64,000 nucleotides of DNA from assembly GCF_011745625.1 (NCBI RefSeq), contig NW_027191458.1:248001-312000 (forward strand). The letters run 5' to 3'. A program made the translations under genes and the position numbers. Below are positions 11,382-23,700 of the stretch, in pieces. A model generated the notes under the pieces. That model made no database searches. It was not told the DNA's origin and worked only from the letters and a program-made list of their open reading frames with translations. Every line of letters starts with the position of its first letter. The stretch's first letter is position 1. This DNA comes from Cladosporium halotolerans. Its lineage: Eukaryota.

Positions 11382-12629
11382 TCAAGCCGCTTTCTCCTTC
11401 AGATACCGCCCCGTGTCGCTCGCCGCGAACGAGAAGGGGCTTTTCGTCATCTCAGGGCTACGCGGGCTCATTGGCAGGGCGAAGAGGTCGTCTTCGTCCT
11501 GTCCGCTGGAGGAGTGCTGTGGCGCAGGAGGTCGCGCGAATCCTGTATCCTCAAAGGATGTAAACCCTCCTGCTCCGGCTCCGCTCGTGCCAAGCGCGTT
11601 GAGTGATCCGAGCCCTGCTTGACGCTGCTGCGCTGCGAAGGAGTCTGGCGGTCGCTGGGCTTGCATGCGGCGCTGTTGGGGCTGGCTGAGCTGGGGTGCT
11701 GGAGAGGGTGCTTGGGCGGGCTTTGCGGCGAGAGTCGAGGGCGCTGGCATGCCTTTTAGAGCGGCAAAGGCGCCGAACGAGCCTACTGCTACGTCTGAGC
11801 TCTCCGGGCTCAGCGGGTTGAAAGAGTCGCTCGGCTCGGGGGCAGGTTTCGAGGACGAGCCTCCGGGACTCAGTGCCTCTGTGGATGTACCAATCTTCAA
11901 GCCTTTTAGCTTGTCCATCAGCCTTCCTCCTCCGGGTGATCTGGGGCTTGCGGGGCCGTTCAGGTCGGCAGCTGCGAAGGGCGGTGTTTGCAATGTCATA
12001 GTCGAAGGCTTGGACAAGACGCCAAAGTTCCCTTCGATCCATTCTTTCTCCGCGATCGCCATCTGGAACCCAACTCCCTCGACATTCTCCTTCGCCTCGG
12101 CATCGATCTCCTTCTGCAGCACCTGCAAACGCTTCTTTGCCCAGATCGTGTGCAGCACGCCCTTCTTGCCCGCCGCGCGCGCCGTAGCACCTAACTCTGG
12201 GCTGAAGATCGCCGGCAAAGGGTTTGTCCGCCAAGTCACAGCGCCCTTCTGCAATCTCACAGCCGTGGGCACTGCGACGCCCGCCCCAAGCAGAAAGTAC
12301 AGCCTGTTGACCGGCACCTCAGCGTTGTCCGCGTCTTTACTGCTTGTGTTTCCTTGCTCACGAGCCGGCAACACAGTCCTCTTGCCCTCCCAGCTGATCT
12401 CCCAGTCTCCAGCGATGTCCCGCGTCGTCTCGTCGTCTTCCCATTCTACCATAAGCACCTTCGTGCCCTCCTTGCTGCGCCCGGGTTCGAACTCGAAGCG
12501 CGCGAGCGCATTGCTAGAGCTCAAGGAGGGGGATTCGACATCGTCGGGCGCGTGGGTCGGCAGCGCCTCGCTGGCGGAGGATGTGTCGACGGGGTTGAAG
12601 GGCGGCCGCGAGCCGGTCGGGGCGCTCAT
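11382..12629 (-). CDS. Uncharacterised fungal protein, 415 aa
   Basis: Long ORF with an ordered-looking core (ARFEFEPG...GTKVLMVEWEDD; GKKGVLHTIWAKKRL) and a Ser/Pro-rich tail. Confidence 0.8.
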   Translation of the reverse strand: MSAPTGSRPPFNPVDTSSASEALPTHAPDDVESPSLSSSNALARFEFEPGRSKEGTKVLMVEWEDDETTRDIAGDWEISWEGKRTVLPAREQGNTSSKDADNAEVPVNRLYFLLGAGVAVPTAVRLQKGAVTWRTNPLPAIFSPELGATARAAGKKGVLHTIWAKKRLQVLQKEIDAEAKENVEGVGFQMAIAEKEWIEGNFGVLSKPSTMTLQTPPFAAADLNGPASPRSPGGGRLMDKLKGLKIGTSTEALSPGGSSSKPAPEPSDSFNPLSPESSDVAVGSFGAFAALKGMPAPSTLAAKPAQAPSPAPQLSQPQQRRMQAQRPPDSFAAQQRQAGLGSLNALGTSGAGAGGFTSFEDTGFARPPAPQHSSSGQDEDDLFALPMSPRSPEMTKSPFSFAASDTGRYLKEKAA

Positions 12630-13422
12630 GCCTGCCTATATATATGTTGCTTTTGCGACGTCTGCCGTGTGAGGAGGGTGGGTTTGTAGGGTCTGGAGGG
12701 CGGTTCGTCCGGGCCCGGCCAGGGCGGTGCGTACAGTAGTCTGAGGCGGTGCGAGGTCTCCGTTTTCGCTGCCCTGTCGCTAGCCGAGCATGGGTGTGGT
12801 GTGGTGTGGTCCCTGGAGCCTCTAGCCTGCGCCGATAACCAACAAGATATGCAGCGCAAGTCGCGACAATACCAGCAACGGCAATCAAGAATTGTAGGTA
12901 TACAGCAGTATGCGAGATCTCACCCTACAGCCGCAGCTACAAGTATCTCACGCACGCCTCTCGCGCCGTGCGTGGGCGCGGGCTCCTTGCTTGCGTGGGC
13001 GCCGCTTACACCGACGGCGTGGCAGTACTAGTTCGAGGCCATGGAGAGCCCCTCCACTAGCTCTGCGATCGCCGCCCGCACCTCCCCGTGAAGGAAGTAG
13101 GCGCTCGGCAGGATGGCGAAACACAAGCTAGCCTGAATCAATTATAGCACGCTTTTGTGGGCCTTGTTGTGCGGCTCGTTCCGGAAAACGGATATGCTTG
13201 CAGTTATGGTTATGGGGTGCAGATATGAAAGCATGCATTGTACAAATTCAGTGTGAATTAGTCGTTACTTTTCTCTGCATCTTAAGTCTTTGTTCAGATC
13301 CAACATCCTCCGCGACAGAAACCGAAAAACAAGGAAAGTCGTGAGTCGTCAGCGTTGAGGAGCATCGCTGCATGAAGCTGACGCACGCAATCGTGGCTGT
13401 AATGTCCACGTGCTGTCCACGT

Positions 13423-14796
13423 TCACAGCGCAAGGCTGAGTCCATGGTCTTCGTATCTCGGCAGGATCTGGAGGAGGTCAGCTAAAAGGTCATTCATTCA
13501 CCAAATCCTTCTTGATATAGAAGCACTCACCTCTTGGGCAAAATTGTCCTCGCATTCGTTGATCTTCGCCGGAGCCATCCCCTCGCCGTCAGTAGGATGA
13601 CTCTCACAAATCTGCAGCGGTACTCGCAATGCCAATTCCGCATGTTGCATGCCATTCACCTTTGCCTTCACGACTACTGTGTAGTCGCGGCTGCATAGTT
13701 GGCTCGAGAACGTCGGCACGGTGCCTTCAGCCACATCGATTGGAATTGGTATCGTTCCCGAATGGCTCCTGGCATCGGTTTCGTCAACATCTAAGCTGAC
13801 ATTGTTTCGATCTGAGGCGCGGATTTCGAACTTGCCCAGTTGTCTTGTCTCCGTCCTTTCATTTGTATCAGCCCTCGCTTCGTTGAGGTCCGTCTCCCTG
13901 ACCGACGTCCGCCACCTCGTCCGGCTCTCCAGAAAATACTCGACCCTCACCCTCCGCTCTCCACTTTCAAACTCATCGTACGCCTTGCTCGCCGTCTCCC
14001 ACCCCAATCTCAACCGTCCCACAGTCCCAAATCCCCCACCACCAGACCTTCCAACCACTGGCGGTGGCTCCTCCATAGCAACCCTCAACTTCGCAAACAG
14101 CCTTGAGAACCTCCCTCTTCTCACATCTGCTTTCGCCGTCACAGACTTCCTTTCCAGCGAGCTCTCCGCGTAACTCGGTGGCTCATCCTGCGGTGCAGTC
14201 GTGACTTGTATCCTCCGAGAGGCGGAGACCGTCTGCACCGCTGTCTCTCCCGGCCGTCGGTATCGAAGCGTAGCCTGCAAGCTGTATTCAATGAGCGGCT
14301 GCATGTAGAGGCGGCCCCAGGGGTCGACGTACGGGGAGCCCGCTTCGCAGGACGGTGGGAGATTGCTTTGGTTGGAGTTATGGGAAGGAGCCAGAGAGGG
14401 CAAGACGAAGCCGACGGATATAGTGGTCGAGTCTCCAGATCTGGTGGTGTTGATTTGGCCGCGCGCGTGAGAGGGGTTGGTGGATTGACTGAGGTGTGTG
14501 TGGATCATTGTTTGGTAGAAGTCGGGGAGGGCTGGTGGTTGCGACCAGACGCGGGTTTGGCCTGGATGGAATGTCAGTATTTTGCATCGACTTGAGTGAA
14601 GTGGTGCGTCAGGCTTACCGACTAGTGAGCAGTGTAACGACAGTGCTTCGAATGGTCGGTGTTTGTGCACTGAGATCGATACTGGAATGACGTTGCCTGG
14701 TCGGTAGATTGGATGCTTCGTCATCGACTGCGATGGGTTTGAGGAGCAGGTGATCGCTAGAGACGTAAATGGTCCGGTAGTGAAGCTTGGGTCCAT
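13423..14796 (-). CDS. Arrestin-like (alpha-arrestin/ART-type) adaptor; exons 14796-14619, 14561-13531, 13467-13423
   Basis: Arrestin-sandwich patterns (PIYRPGNVIPVSI, LPPSC, IEYSLQATL, VPTFSSQLCSRDYTVVV...LRVPLQI) and PY motifs PPSY and LPRY (last exon ILPRYEDHGLSLAL*). Introns 14618-14562 and 13530-13468 have canonical donor, CTGAC and CAG. Confidence 0.75.
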
Positions 14797-15004
14797 GTTG
14801 TTGTCTCGTGAGAGGTGAGCTTTGATCAATTAGGTTGCTGCTGTGATGAAGCTGGGTACTGTAAACGTTGCGCTGACACCGCAGGAGCGTTCCGATGCAT
14901 CAAATGAATTGCTTACACAGCGGGCGTTGTAGAGCGAGTCAGCATTCACCTTGATATATAAAGGTGTGTATTAAGCGTAACAGAGCGCTTAGGTGTGGTA
15001 CAAA

Positions 15005-15174
15005 TTCGGCGAAACCTTTCGGCGAAATCGGCGACACGTATAGTACCGCCGAACAAATCTTGACAAGAGCAGGGCAATGCATCGCAGAGTCAACACTGAT
15101 GAGTAATGCTTTCATTTCGAGCATGATGTGCCTTTCAGAATCGCAGGCATCAATCTTGCCTCAAGTTCGCCGAA
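15005..15174. promoter_or_regulatory. Cluster of TTCG(G/C)CGAA palindromic sites in the divergent arrestin/MFS promoter
   Basis: TTCGGCGAAA at 15005-15014 and 15018-15027, TCGGCGA 15028-15034, CCGCCGAA 15046-15053, TTCGCCGAA 15166-15174. Confidence 0.6.
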
Positions 15175-15303
15175 TTAGCATCCTGACAAGCAGGTATTTA
15201 AGTAGGGAACCATACTAGCTAGACTTGTTTTCGTTGACACTGGCAACATCCGCATTCACTCACTTCTTAACTAGCAATTTTGATATATCTCTCTTCCCTG
15301 GCA

Positions 15304-16750
15304 ATGCCTCACACTGAAGACAACGCAAAATTCTCGGCGCAAAGGGACGCATCCGTGGAAAGGGGAATCGCGGCCGATGCCTCGAGACAGGGCGACTACA
15401 ACAACTCAGGAATACCAGACAACTTGCTCAAGAAAGAGTATCAGGTCCCCGAAGGTGGACGCCGTGGATACACAGTCCTGTTTGGTAGCTTCATGGCTAT
15501 CATGGGCGGTCTTGGCCTTATGAACAGCATAGGCATCTACCAGGCCCGGGTTGCTTCTGCCCAGTTGCCTCAGATCTCGACCGGCTCGATTGGATGGATC
15601 TTTGGTGTCTACAATTTCATGGCCTTCTTCGGTGGGATACAGATCGGCCCTCTCTTTGACCGTTACGGTCCGACATGGCTTCTCTTGGCTGGGCTCGTTC
15701 TGTACATCGCTTTCTTCGTGCTCTTGAGCTTCTGCAAAGCCTATTGGCAGTACTTCGTGGTCATTGGAGTATTTGGCGGCGCGGCTACATCGATCATATT
15801 CGTGGTGCCCGTGGCCTGTCTCGGCCACTACTTTGACAGAAGACGAGGGGCAGCCACTGGCCTGGCAATGTCCGGAGGGAGCCTGGGCGGCATCATGTTC
15901 CCTCTCTTGCTCGATCACCTTTGGAGTCGAATCGGTTTCGCATGGGGGACTAGGGCCGTTGGTCTGATCACGATCGTTCTTGTGGCGCTTGGTTGTATTC
16001 TGATCCGACCGAATCCAGACTTCCCGCTCGGACACGAACAGAGTTCGAAAGGCAAGCGAAGCGTCCTTCCCGACTTTTCGATCCTGCTGATACCTTCAGT
16101 CGCTCTCATGGCTGCCGGAGTCTTCTTCATCGAATGGGGCTTCTTCGTCGGCTTGGAGTACGTCGCCTCATATGCTCTGAGCCATGGCATCGCGAGAGAT
16201 CAAGCGTATCAAATGGTCGTCTATCTCAATGCGGGATCGTTCCCAGGCCGATGGCTGCCGGGATTTCTTGCGGACAAGTTTGGTCGGCTGAACACGATGA
16301 TTGCTACGAACATCCTTTGCGCCATTGCCATGTTGGCCATATGGTTGCCGGCCAATGGTAATTTGGCTGCGACCATTGTCTTTGCAGTAGTCTTTGGCTT
16401 CGCGAGCGGAAGCAACATCAGCCTGGTGCCGGTTTGCGTAGGCGAGCTGTGCGACACGCGGGAGTACGGACGCTACTATACCACTGTTTATACTGTGGTT
16501 AGCATCGGGTGAGTTGATCATTCACATATTGGAGAAGCCTTGAATCTGTTCTAACTTCTTTGGTAGGGCTCTCACTGGCGTTCCCATTGCCGGCGAAATT
16601 GTGCACGGCGACGGCGTAGGGTACACGGGCTTGATTGTGTTCGCAGGGGCTTCTTATGTCGCTGGGCTAGCGTGCTTTGGTGCTTTGAAGCTGTACACTT
16701 TGAGACGTCGCAGTAAGAATGAGAAGCACTGTTCTCAAGATGACATCTGA
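15304..16750 (+). CDS. MFS transporter, monocarboxylate porter (MCT/Mch-like) family; exons 15304-16508, 16567-16750
   Basis: 12-TM pattern with GPLFDRYGP, YFDRRRGAATGLAMSGGSLGGIMFP and GFLADKFGR. Intron GTGAGT...CTAAC...TAG gives the final exon ALTGVPIAGEIV...DDI*. Confidence 0.92.
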
Positions 16751-16988
16751 GGTTGATGCCATTGTTGTTGTCGCATCTCAAGACCGCAAAGCCAGGCCGT
16801 GCCCAACTTCACGTCAGGACAAGGTCAGGCGTTTTGCCATCTCATAGGTAGATTACACTGATGGCCGATGTGGAATTTCTCACACGGGATGTTTTTCACA
16901 TGCAGAAGATCGTTTTCACAGCAAGGTGACGCGGTCGGCTTTGATTGCATGCCACGCCACAGCAAGTCATCGGTTGAGCCAAGAGCAA

Positions 16989-17028
16989 TTTCGCCGAAAG
17001 TTGGCTCATTTCGGCGAGGACGCCGAAC
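16989..17028. promoter_or_regulatory. TTCG(G/C)CGAA-type sites immediately upstream of the Zn2Cys6 gene
   Basis: TTTCGCCGAAA 16989-16999, TTTCGGCGAG 17009-17018, CGCCGAAC 17021-17028. Confidence 0.55.
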
Positions 17029-17070
17029 AAAGAAACTGGACTTCGCCCAACATCAAACCTCATCGACGCA

Positions 17071-19311
17071 ATGCCCCGAGCATCTCCAGCAAGACAATAT
17101 CGTTCTTTGAAACGTAGCAAGCCATGCGACAGGTGTCGTGAAGCGAAAACGCGCTGTCAAGTCCTCGAAGGCCCGTCATGCTCGAAATGTCAGCGAGCAA
17201 GATTGCCCTGTAGCTTCTCCAGCACATCGCAGACAGGGCTCGGTTCTGGAGCTGAGAATGATGTCCAGACAACTCCAGCACCTACTTCTCTAAGCCAGCA
17301 TGAAGGCTCGTCGGTCGAGCCGTGGCCGCAGACTCCCACGGCAAGTGCGGCCACCGCTGCTTCTGCTTCGCAGACCGGTGACCGCATTTGGTCAGCCCAA
17401 CATACGCCGGCCATACAGAATTCCGAGGCAGAACTCAAGATCAATACTCAATTCTCGCAGAGCCTGGAAGGCATTGAAGGCATCTCTGCTCAACTTTTCG
17501 GAGCCTCTTCAGAATCCGATCCATGGTTGTTACGCCACTGTAAGTTCGATGACTTCGGCAGTCGGTCGTTTCAGAACTCGCAATACCGGAATGCTGGCGG
17601 CGTGCCGTTCGCACACAAGATCCCGATTCATTTCTTGATCGAGTCGGATAGACTTCGCGAGAGTGCGAAGCGAGAGACCGAATTTCCCGAGAAGCAGATC
17701 GCCTCCCGCGAAGAATTGGACGCCATCGTGCCACCTGTTTATGGGCAACGGCTTGTTGCGCTGTAAGTTCGTCATGCATCATGCAACCATGTATACCTCA
17801 GTACTGACCAAATTGCAGCTTCATTAAGCATGTTTTCCCGATGCTTCCGGTTATCTCTCGCTCGCAGCTAGGCATAACGCCAACAAACCCTCTCCCGTCC
17901 TGGGCAGCCCTGCAGAGATGCCCTTTACACCTCCTGGGAGCCATATATGCACTTGCATTGAGATTCGTCTCAGAAGACGACTATCTGGCTGTATGGAGCT
18001 CGCAGACCTCACCTTCGAGCGGCGTAATGTGGAGGCTGGTGTACGAACAGTTGCAAGAAGAGGTCCATCGACCTCAGCTTGCAGTTCTCCAAGCGACTTT
18101 GCTCTATCTGCACAAAGAGCCTGGCGATGAAAGAGAATACTCTCTATCTGACACGCCTTTCGTGTGGTCATGGGTCGGCAAGCTTGTTGGTCTTACCATG
18201 TCGCTTGGCGTTCAAACAGAGTGTTCGATGTGGGCCATTCCAGCTTGGGAAAAACGGCTTCGGAAAAGGCTCTGGTGGGCTGTCTATGCCGAAGACAAAT
18301 GGAGATCTCTGTTGATGGGCCGGCCTCCGTACATTCACAGTCAGGAATGGGACATTGAAGACTTGGACGTTAGCCACTTCGCACTCGGATCGTCCAACGC
18401 AACGGGTGAGGGCGGTGCTGGGTTTCGGAGTTTTATAGCACTCACACGAATTGCTGAGTCTATACAACAATCGTTGTACTCACTCAGGGCTTCGCAGCGC
18501 TTGTCGACTGATTTGACTGCCTCTGTCCAGACGGCCAGACCTCTATTGGCACGACTGAACGTCTGGCGGTCAACACTGGCAGACAGCGTACGCCTTGCAG
18601 ATGGTCATCATTTGAGCCATGGCACGGGAACTCAATCGTCCATTCACTTTGCGTACTATATCTTGGTGATATACGTGTACCGCGCACTTTTCAGGCCGAT
18701 GGTGCCTTCCAACATCCCACCGCACATAATCGATCTTGAAGAGCCGATCATGGACGATCCTATAGGTCTCCCGGAGTTTAATTGGGACGCGGCTGCAATG
18801 GCAAACGATGTGCCGTTCCCAGCTCTGGACAGCCCATCGGATTCGCAGATGGAAGTCATTGAAGACATTACACGGGCAGCGAACGAATGTGCTGCCGGTA
18901 TGATGAACCTGGTAGGCCATTTCTCGTTTAGAGATCTCAGCAGGTTCTGGTATTCCTGTAAGTACATTTGCGGCACTGTCTTCATAGACGTCACACGTTG
19001 TGGTCAAAAGACGAACTAACATATCATCGCTGATAGGGTCTCGCATCGGGTTCGCCGTTACCTCAAACTTCATCATTCTTTTACTCGTTCAAGCTCCTAG
19101 CGCCCAGTATGCGATGAAGTCAAAACAGTTACTCGATATCTGGAACAGGTTACTCAGAGATCAATGCCGTATCTGCCCCACAGTAAGACTTGGGCTTATG
19201 CGACTCAACGCACTTCAATCGGCTGGCTTATCAGAAACGTTTGATCTACCTCCACACGTCGAACAGGTACTGGCAATGCGGAGGGATACTAACATGGAAC
19301 ATGTCATATGA
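17071..19311 (+). CDS. Zn2Cys6 transcription factor with fungal TF middle-homology domain (Dal81/TamA-like); exons 17071-17762, 17819-18957, 19037-19311
   Basis: CDRCREAKTRC...CSKC...C binuclear cluster, GASSESDPWLL, and RKRLWWAVYAEDKWRSLLMGRPPYI. Introns 17763-17818 and 18958-19036 (GTAAGT...CTRAC...YAG) join the three ORFs in frame. Confidence 0.92.
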
Positions 19312-19727
19312 TCTCTCCAATCGTCTGAATCACTTAAGGGGCTTGAGCACACCTCGGGTTGGTCGGACCTTGTCACACGACTGATCTCTGGCAATGGCAA
19401 TTTCCCATCACAACGACCACAGGACAATTGTATTGTTACATGGACGTTAACAAAGAGGCATGGGTGGGCTTCAATGCCCAGCAAGTTCACTTCGTTCTTT
19501 GTCAACCTTGTATCTGGTCGAGCCCACGAAATCTTTGTTGGATTTCACACAACATACGCCATGTGTATATTACGCCCACAATGTACATCGCAGTCAGTCT
19601 CCTCCGACCAACAGCGAACAACACCACCGCAAGAGATCCAAAAGCACTCCGGTAGTGCTTCGAAGTTTCTTCCGATACCAGCTGTTCAACCCCAACAATC
19701 ACCATTCAGAGTTCCTTCGCTGCTACG

Positions 19728-20354
19728 ATGAACGTCTCGACGTCCCACAATAGCAGCTTATTCTCGGGCTCCCCGACTTCGGCCAACAAGACGTCGTCTC
19801 CCTCCAATTTCCCTTGTGCCAACATGAGCATGCCTTTTAGGCACCTCATGAACGGCACTATCCACAACGCCCACACCGCGGTCTACCACTCTCCGGCCCT
19901 CCACGCCCGCAACATCGACTCCAAGGAAAACCAGGGCCTCCACGCCGGCGCCATTCTTGGCATCGTGCTCGCAATCATCGTCGGCATCGCCCTCCTCCTC
20001 TTCATGATGGGCTGGGCCGTGCGCTCCCACCGCGCCGCCTACGCCAACTCAGGCAACACCCGCGCTCGCACTCGTAGGCACGTGAGCCCCGGCCATCTCG
20101 AAGCCGGCGGCAACATCCAGTATCCTGCCCGCTCCTACGGCGGTAGCAGGGAGAAGACGCCGAAGTTCCCGGGTCCGAGGAATGGGTATGCTTCCGCTAA
20201 GTCTTCTGTGAGGAGTTCGGCGCCGTCGAAGGCTTATACTCCTTCGCATGCTTCGAGGGGCAGATGCCCGTATGCGGATGACACTCCGTTCTCGGCTGTG
20301 CCAACTATGGAGGCTAGGAGTCAGGCTGGGAGCAGCCGCAGGGGCTCTTCCTGA
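19728..20354 (+). CDS. Hypothetical single-pass membrane protein
   Basis: 208-aa ORF with one TM helix (GAILGIVLAIIVGIALLLFMMGWAV) and a basic Ser-rich tail. The start may be a downstream Met. Confidence 0.7.
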   Translation: MNVSTSHNSSLFSGSPTSANKTSSPSNFPCANMSMPFRHLMNGTIHNAHTAVYHSPALHARNIDSKENQGLHAGAILGIVLAIIVGIALLLFMMGWAVRSHRAAYANSGNTRARTRRHVSPGHLEAGGNIQYPARSYGGSREKTPKFPGPRNGYASAKSSVRSSAPSKAYTPSHASRGRCPYADDTPFSAVPTMEARSQAGSSRRGSS

Positions 20355-20707
20355 AGGGTCGTATAGATGGAGAAATGTGGTCTTCCTCAGAACGCACTGA
20401 TTGCGGTGCATTCGTCGAAAGGACTTCGCTCCTTTGATGGAGTTAGATGCTGAGTTTTTCATGCATTGCAGATTAGGAACAGAAATCGAATTGTGCGTTT
20501 TCCCGCGAAATTACTTTGTCTCATAACGTGCCTCCTTTGGTCCAGCAGGGACGCAGAGCTTCAGCGCCGGTCTGCTGTGCTCATCGCCACTAGTACTGCT
20601 TACGATACCTGACGGTCTTTAGAGACTCTGTGGAACCAAGACTTATCGCAATACTTCCACCTCCAGACTCAGTCTCTCTGTATCAGCTTCCCAAGGTCAT
20701 GCTATCG

Positions 20708-23700
20708 TCATTCCAAAGGCCTGCGATTGTTGGCAACGCATTCCTTCACGTACTTCCGCCAAACAGAATCTACCTTGACTGCCTTCTCAAGAAGCTCTGC
20801 ATGGGAGAACCTCCCCCATTCTTGGGACTTCGGAAACTTCTGTATTAGCTCTGATTGGGGTATCCCAAGGATTTGCAGCACAACATCTTTCGCCTCGACC
20901 CACTCGTGGGTATCCCCGGACCTTGGATATGGCTCGGGACACTCATAGAGACCACTGTGTGTGCTTGCATCAGGACAGACGCAGACGGGTCCATGGCAGA
21001 GTGGTGCGCTGACGCAAATTTCCACTTCGGTGCTTGCACCTGCTTCCAAGAATATGGTCATTGCTTCCAAAATCGCAGACTTCTCCCTAGCGAATGTGAT
21101 TTTTGGGACAGATTGCCGGTCGAGCATATTCATGAACCCGCACACTGTTCGCAGAAAATCGGTCCATACATTATTGCTGCAAGGTAAATAGTACGCCTTC
21201 GGTTGGCTTGACGCAGTGGCAGTGTCTCGAGCAGACAGCTCGTGCTCGGACACAGCACGGCGTGTATACCAGAGGCGAAGATCATGCCCTTCCACATCGT
21301 CAAATGCATTGTCGCTCTCAATCTCTTTCGGATCGACAAACCCTGTTTTTGTTTCGAATACGAGTTTGACGACGTCCTCAATTAGACCATAATGCCGATA
21401 TCGGGCAAGTTGGAGTATGAGATAAGCCCAGCCATCCCAATATTTACGGAGTCGACTTCGTTGAAAGCTATGAGAAACAAGACGTCTGAAAGCTGCTCTG
21501 GCGGAATCTTCGCAGGCTTGAACTGCGGGTTTGTTGAAAGTGCCATCTGCATGCCACAACGTCGCCGCAGAGTAATCCTCCAGACCATTGGCGAGCTGGA
21601 TTGTATGCAAATCGAGACCCCTAAGAGATGAATTCGATGCCCCTTCGAACTTGTCAACCTTTATTTGAAACTCTAACATTTCCAGTTCTAAGAGAAATTC
21701 CGGCGCTTTGAAATGCTTGGGCACATGGGCATCGATCTTTGACCGCATTTTGGTTGACCGAAGGAAATCGTAGATGACCCTATGCTGGTATTCGATCCCA
21801 TGTGGCATCAATGAAGGATTATACGCCGTGGCTGGCGAAAGGGCCATCAAGTCTTTGCAGCGTGTCTCCACAAAGACACGCATTGTGTTATGTACAGCCC
21901 GGCACTCAGCCACATCATCATCGACGGACGCAAGACATGTGGCAAACCCTTGGCTGTGCGCAATACCACGCCCGCTTTGTATGCTTTTTTGCAGCATCCA
22001 CATGAAGAAATATCGGATGTGGGAGTCGTTGGTTTCTGCGGCAAGCTTGAGGGCCATTGCGCACTCAGAATTCCCGTCTGTTCTGTAGGTAGAATGTATT
22101 CGAGAATAGACCAGCTGGTACAAGTATTTCTCGACTTCTTGAGGGAGTTTCTTGATGTATCGACCCATCTCAGTTGCGCTTTCACCGCCGGCCAACCGTT
22201 CACACACGGGGCTTAACGCAAAAGTGACCCAGAGTAAGTTGCCGTCCGCCTTAGCACAAAGTTCACGTATGAGACGCTTTGGAGGATCCAGAGAGTCGAG
22301 CGCTTTCCAGTATTCCGTGTAGGAGCCTTGATGTATCCGCATGCACGTGAGCTCGAACAGACCCATGTCATTGCCAGCATCTTCGAAGAGACCCCTATTG
22401 GCTGACTGAAGGCGATGGCAAACCAGCTGGAAAATATCCCACGCACTGTTCTCCGGCAGCTTGAGACGTGGCCACTCAGAGAATGCACTCTCAAACTCCG
22501 TCCAGGGTCTGCTTGACACGCATACCTTGACATTTGTTTCTTTGAGGAGGTCGACAAGCAGGGCGATAAGTTCTTGCCTTTCTTGCCTCTCTTGCTGTTC
22601 CTTGGCCCCACATTCGTCCAGTCCGTCAATGATGATGTAGGTCTTAAACCCCAGTGTTGATATGATCCTCGTCAAGGCTTGCAGCAGCGATTTTGGATTC
22701 CAGGACAGTCCACGCATGGACATGCCACGCTGCCATTCATCCGGGAAAGCAACCTTCGCCAGGACGTCGTACTGCTCGATGGCTTGGTAGCAGAGGTGTT
22801 GAAGCATAGCCTTCAAAGAGCGTTGCTGGAGATCGCCTCCTGCAATCCAGAAATAGTGATCCAACATGAGCACCTTGTCCCCGCTTGCATGTGTCTGCAG
22901 AGCGGAAGAGGTGCGCCTGTCGAGACGCAAAGACTTCATGAATACTGATTTCCCAGTTCCTGGTTCGCCGGAGATCCAGCAATGTGAGATTGATGAGTTC
23001 AACCACTGGTGCGTTGGCTGCTTGCTGTCCTCGAACGCCCAATCGTAGGACGAGCCGGTTGGATCGGCAATCATTTCTTTCCGCGAGTTCATGCTGTTGT
23101 AGGCGAGGCTAGACAAGAGGTCCTCGACTCTTTGCTTCTCGAGGGCATTAAGCTGGTGCTGCGCCACCCTAGCAACTTGCTGTAGGACGGCCTGCATTGC
23201 ATTTTGCAGCGCATTGAGCTTGTTCACCAGCGCAGTCTGTGCCTCCCGCACGACAGTGACACAGTCCCTGCCCTGACGGTCCACCATCTCTCGCAGCTCT
23301 CCGAAGCCTTCTTGATCGGATCGTTTGATAGCATACAGAAGGAGCGCAGCAAGTTGTCGTTCGAGATCCCCAAGCTTCTTGTGCCTAGCCTGAAGATCGC
23401 CACGCTTCAGCATGACCTTGCACGCTGTTCTTGCTGCTCTCAGCTTCGACTTAGTGCCATCAGAGCGTAGAGGGACCTTCATCGTTTGGAGTAGAGCAGT
23501 GATGGCCGAAGACTCCTCTAGACATCTTCCTGCAAGCTTCGCCACGGCTGCATCAGGCTTGGTCAGAGGACCAGTATCCTTGCTCATGTTCTGAAGATCT
23601 TCTGCCAGCTGTCGACTTTGGCCGGCTACCTCTTCAATCCACTCTTGTTCTGGCAAAGCATCGCCGGCTGATTTGATAAGCTTGCCAGTGGCAATGGTGA

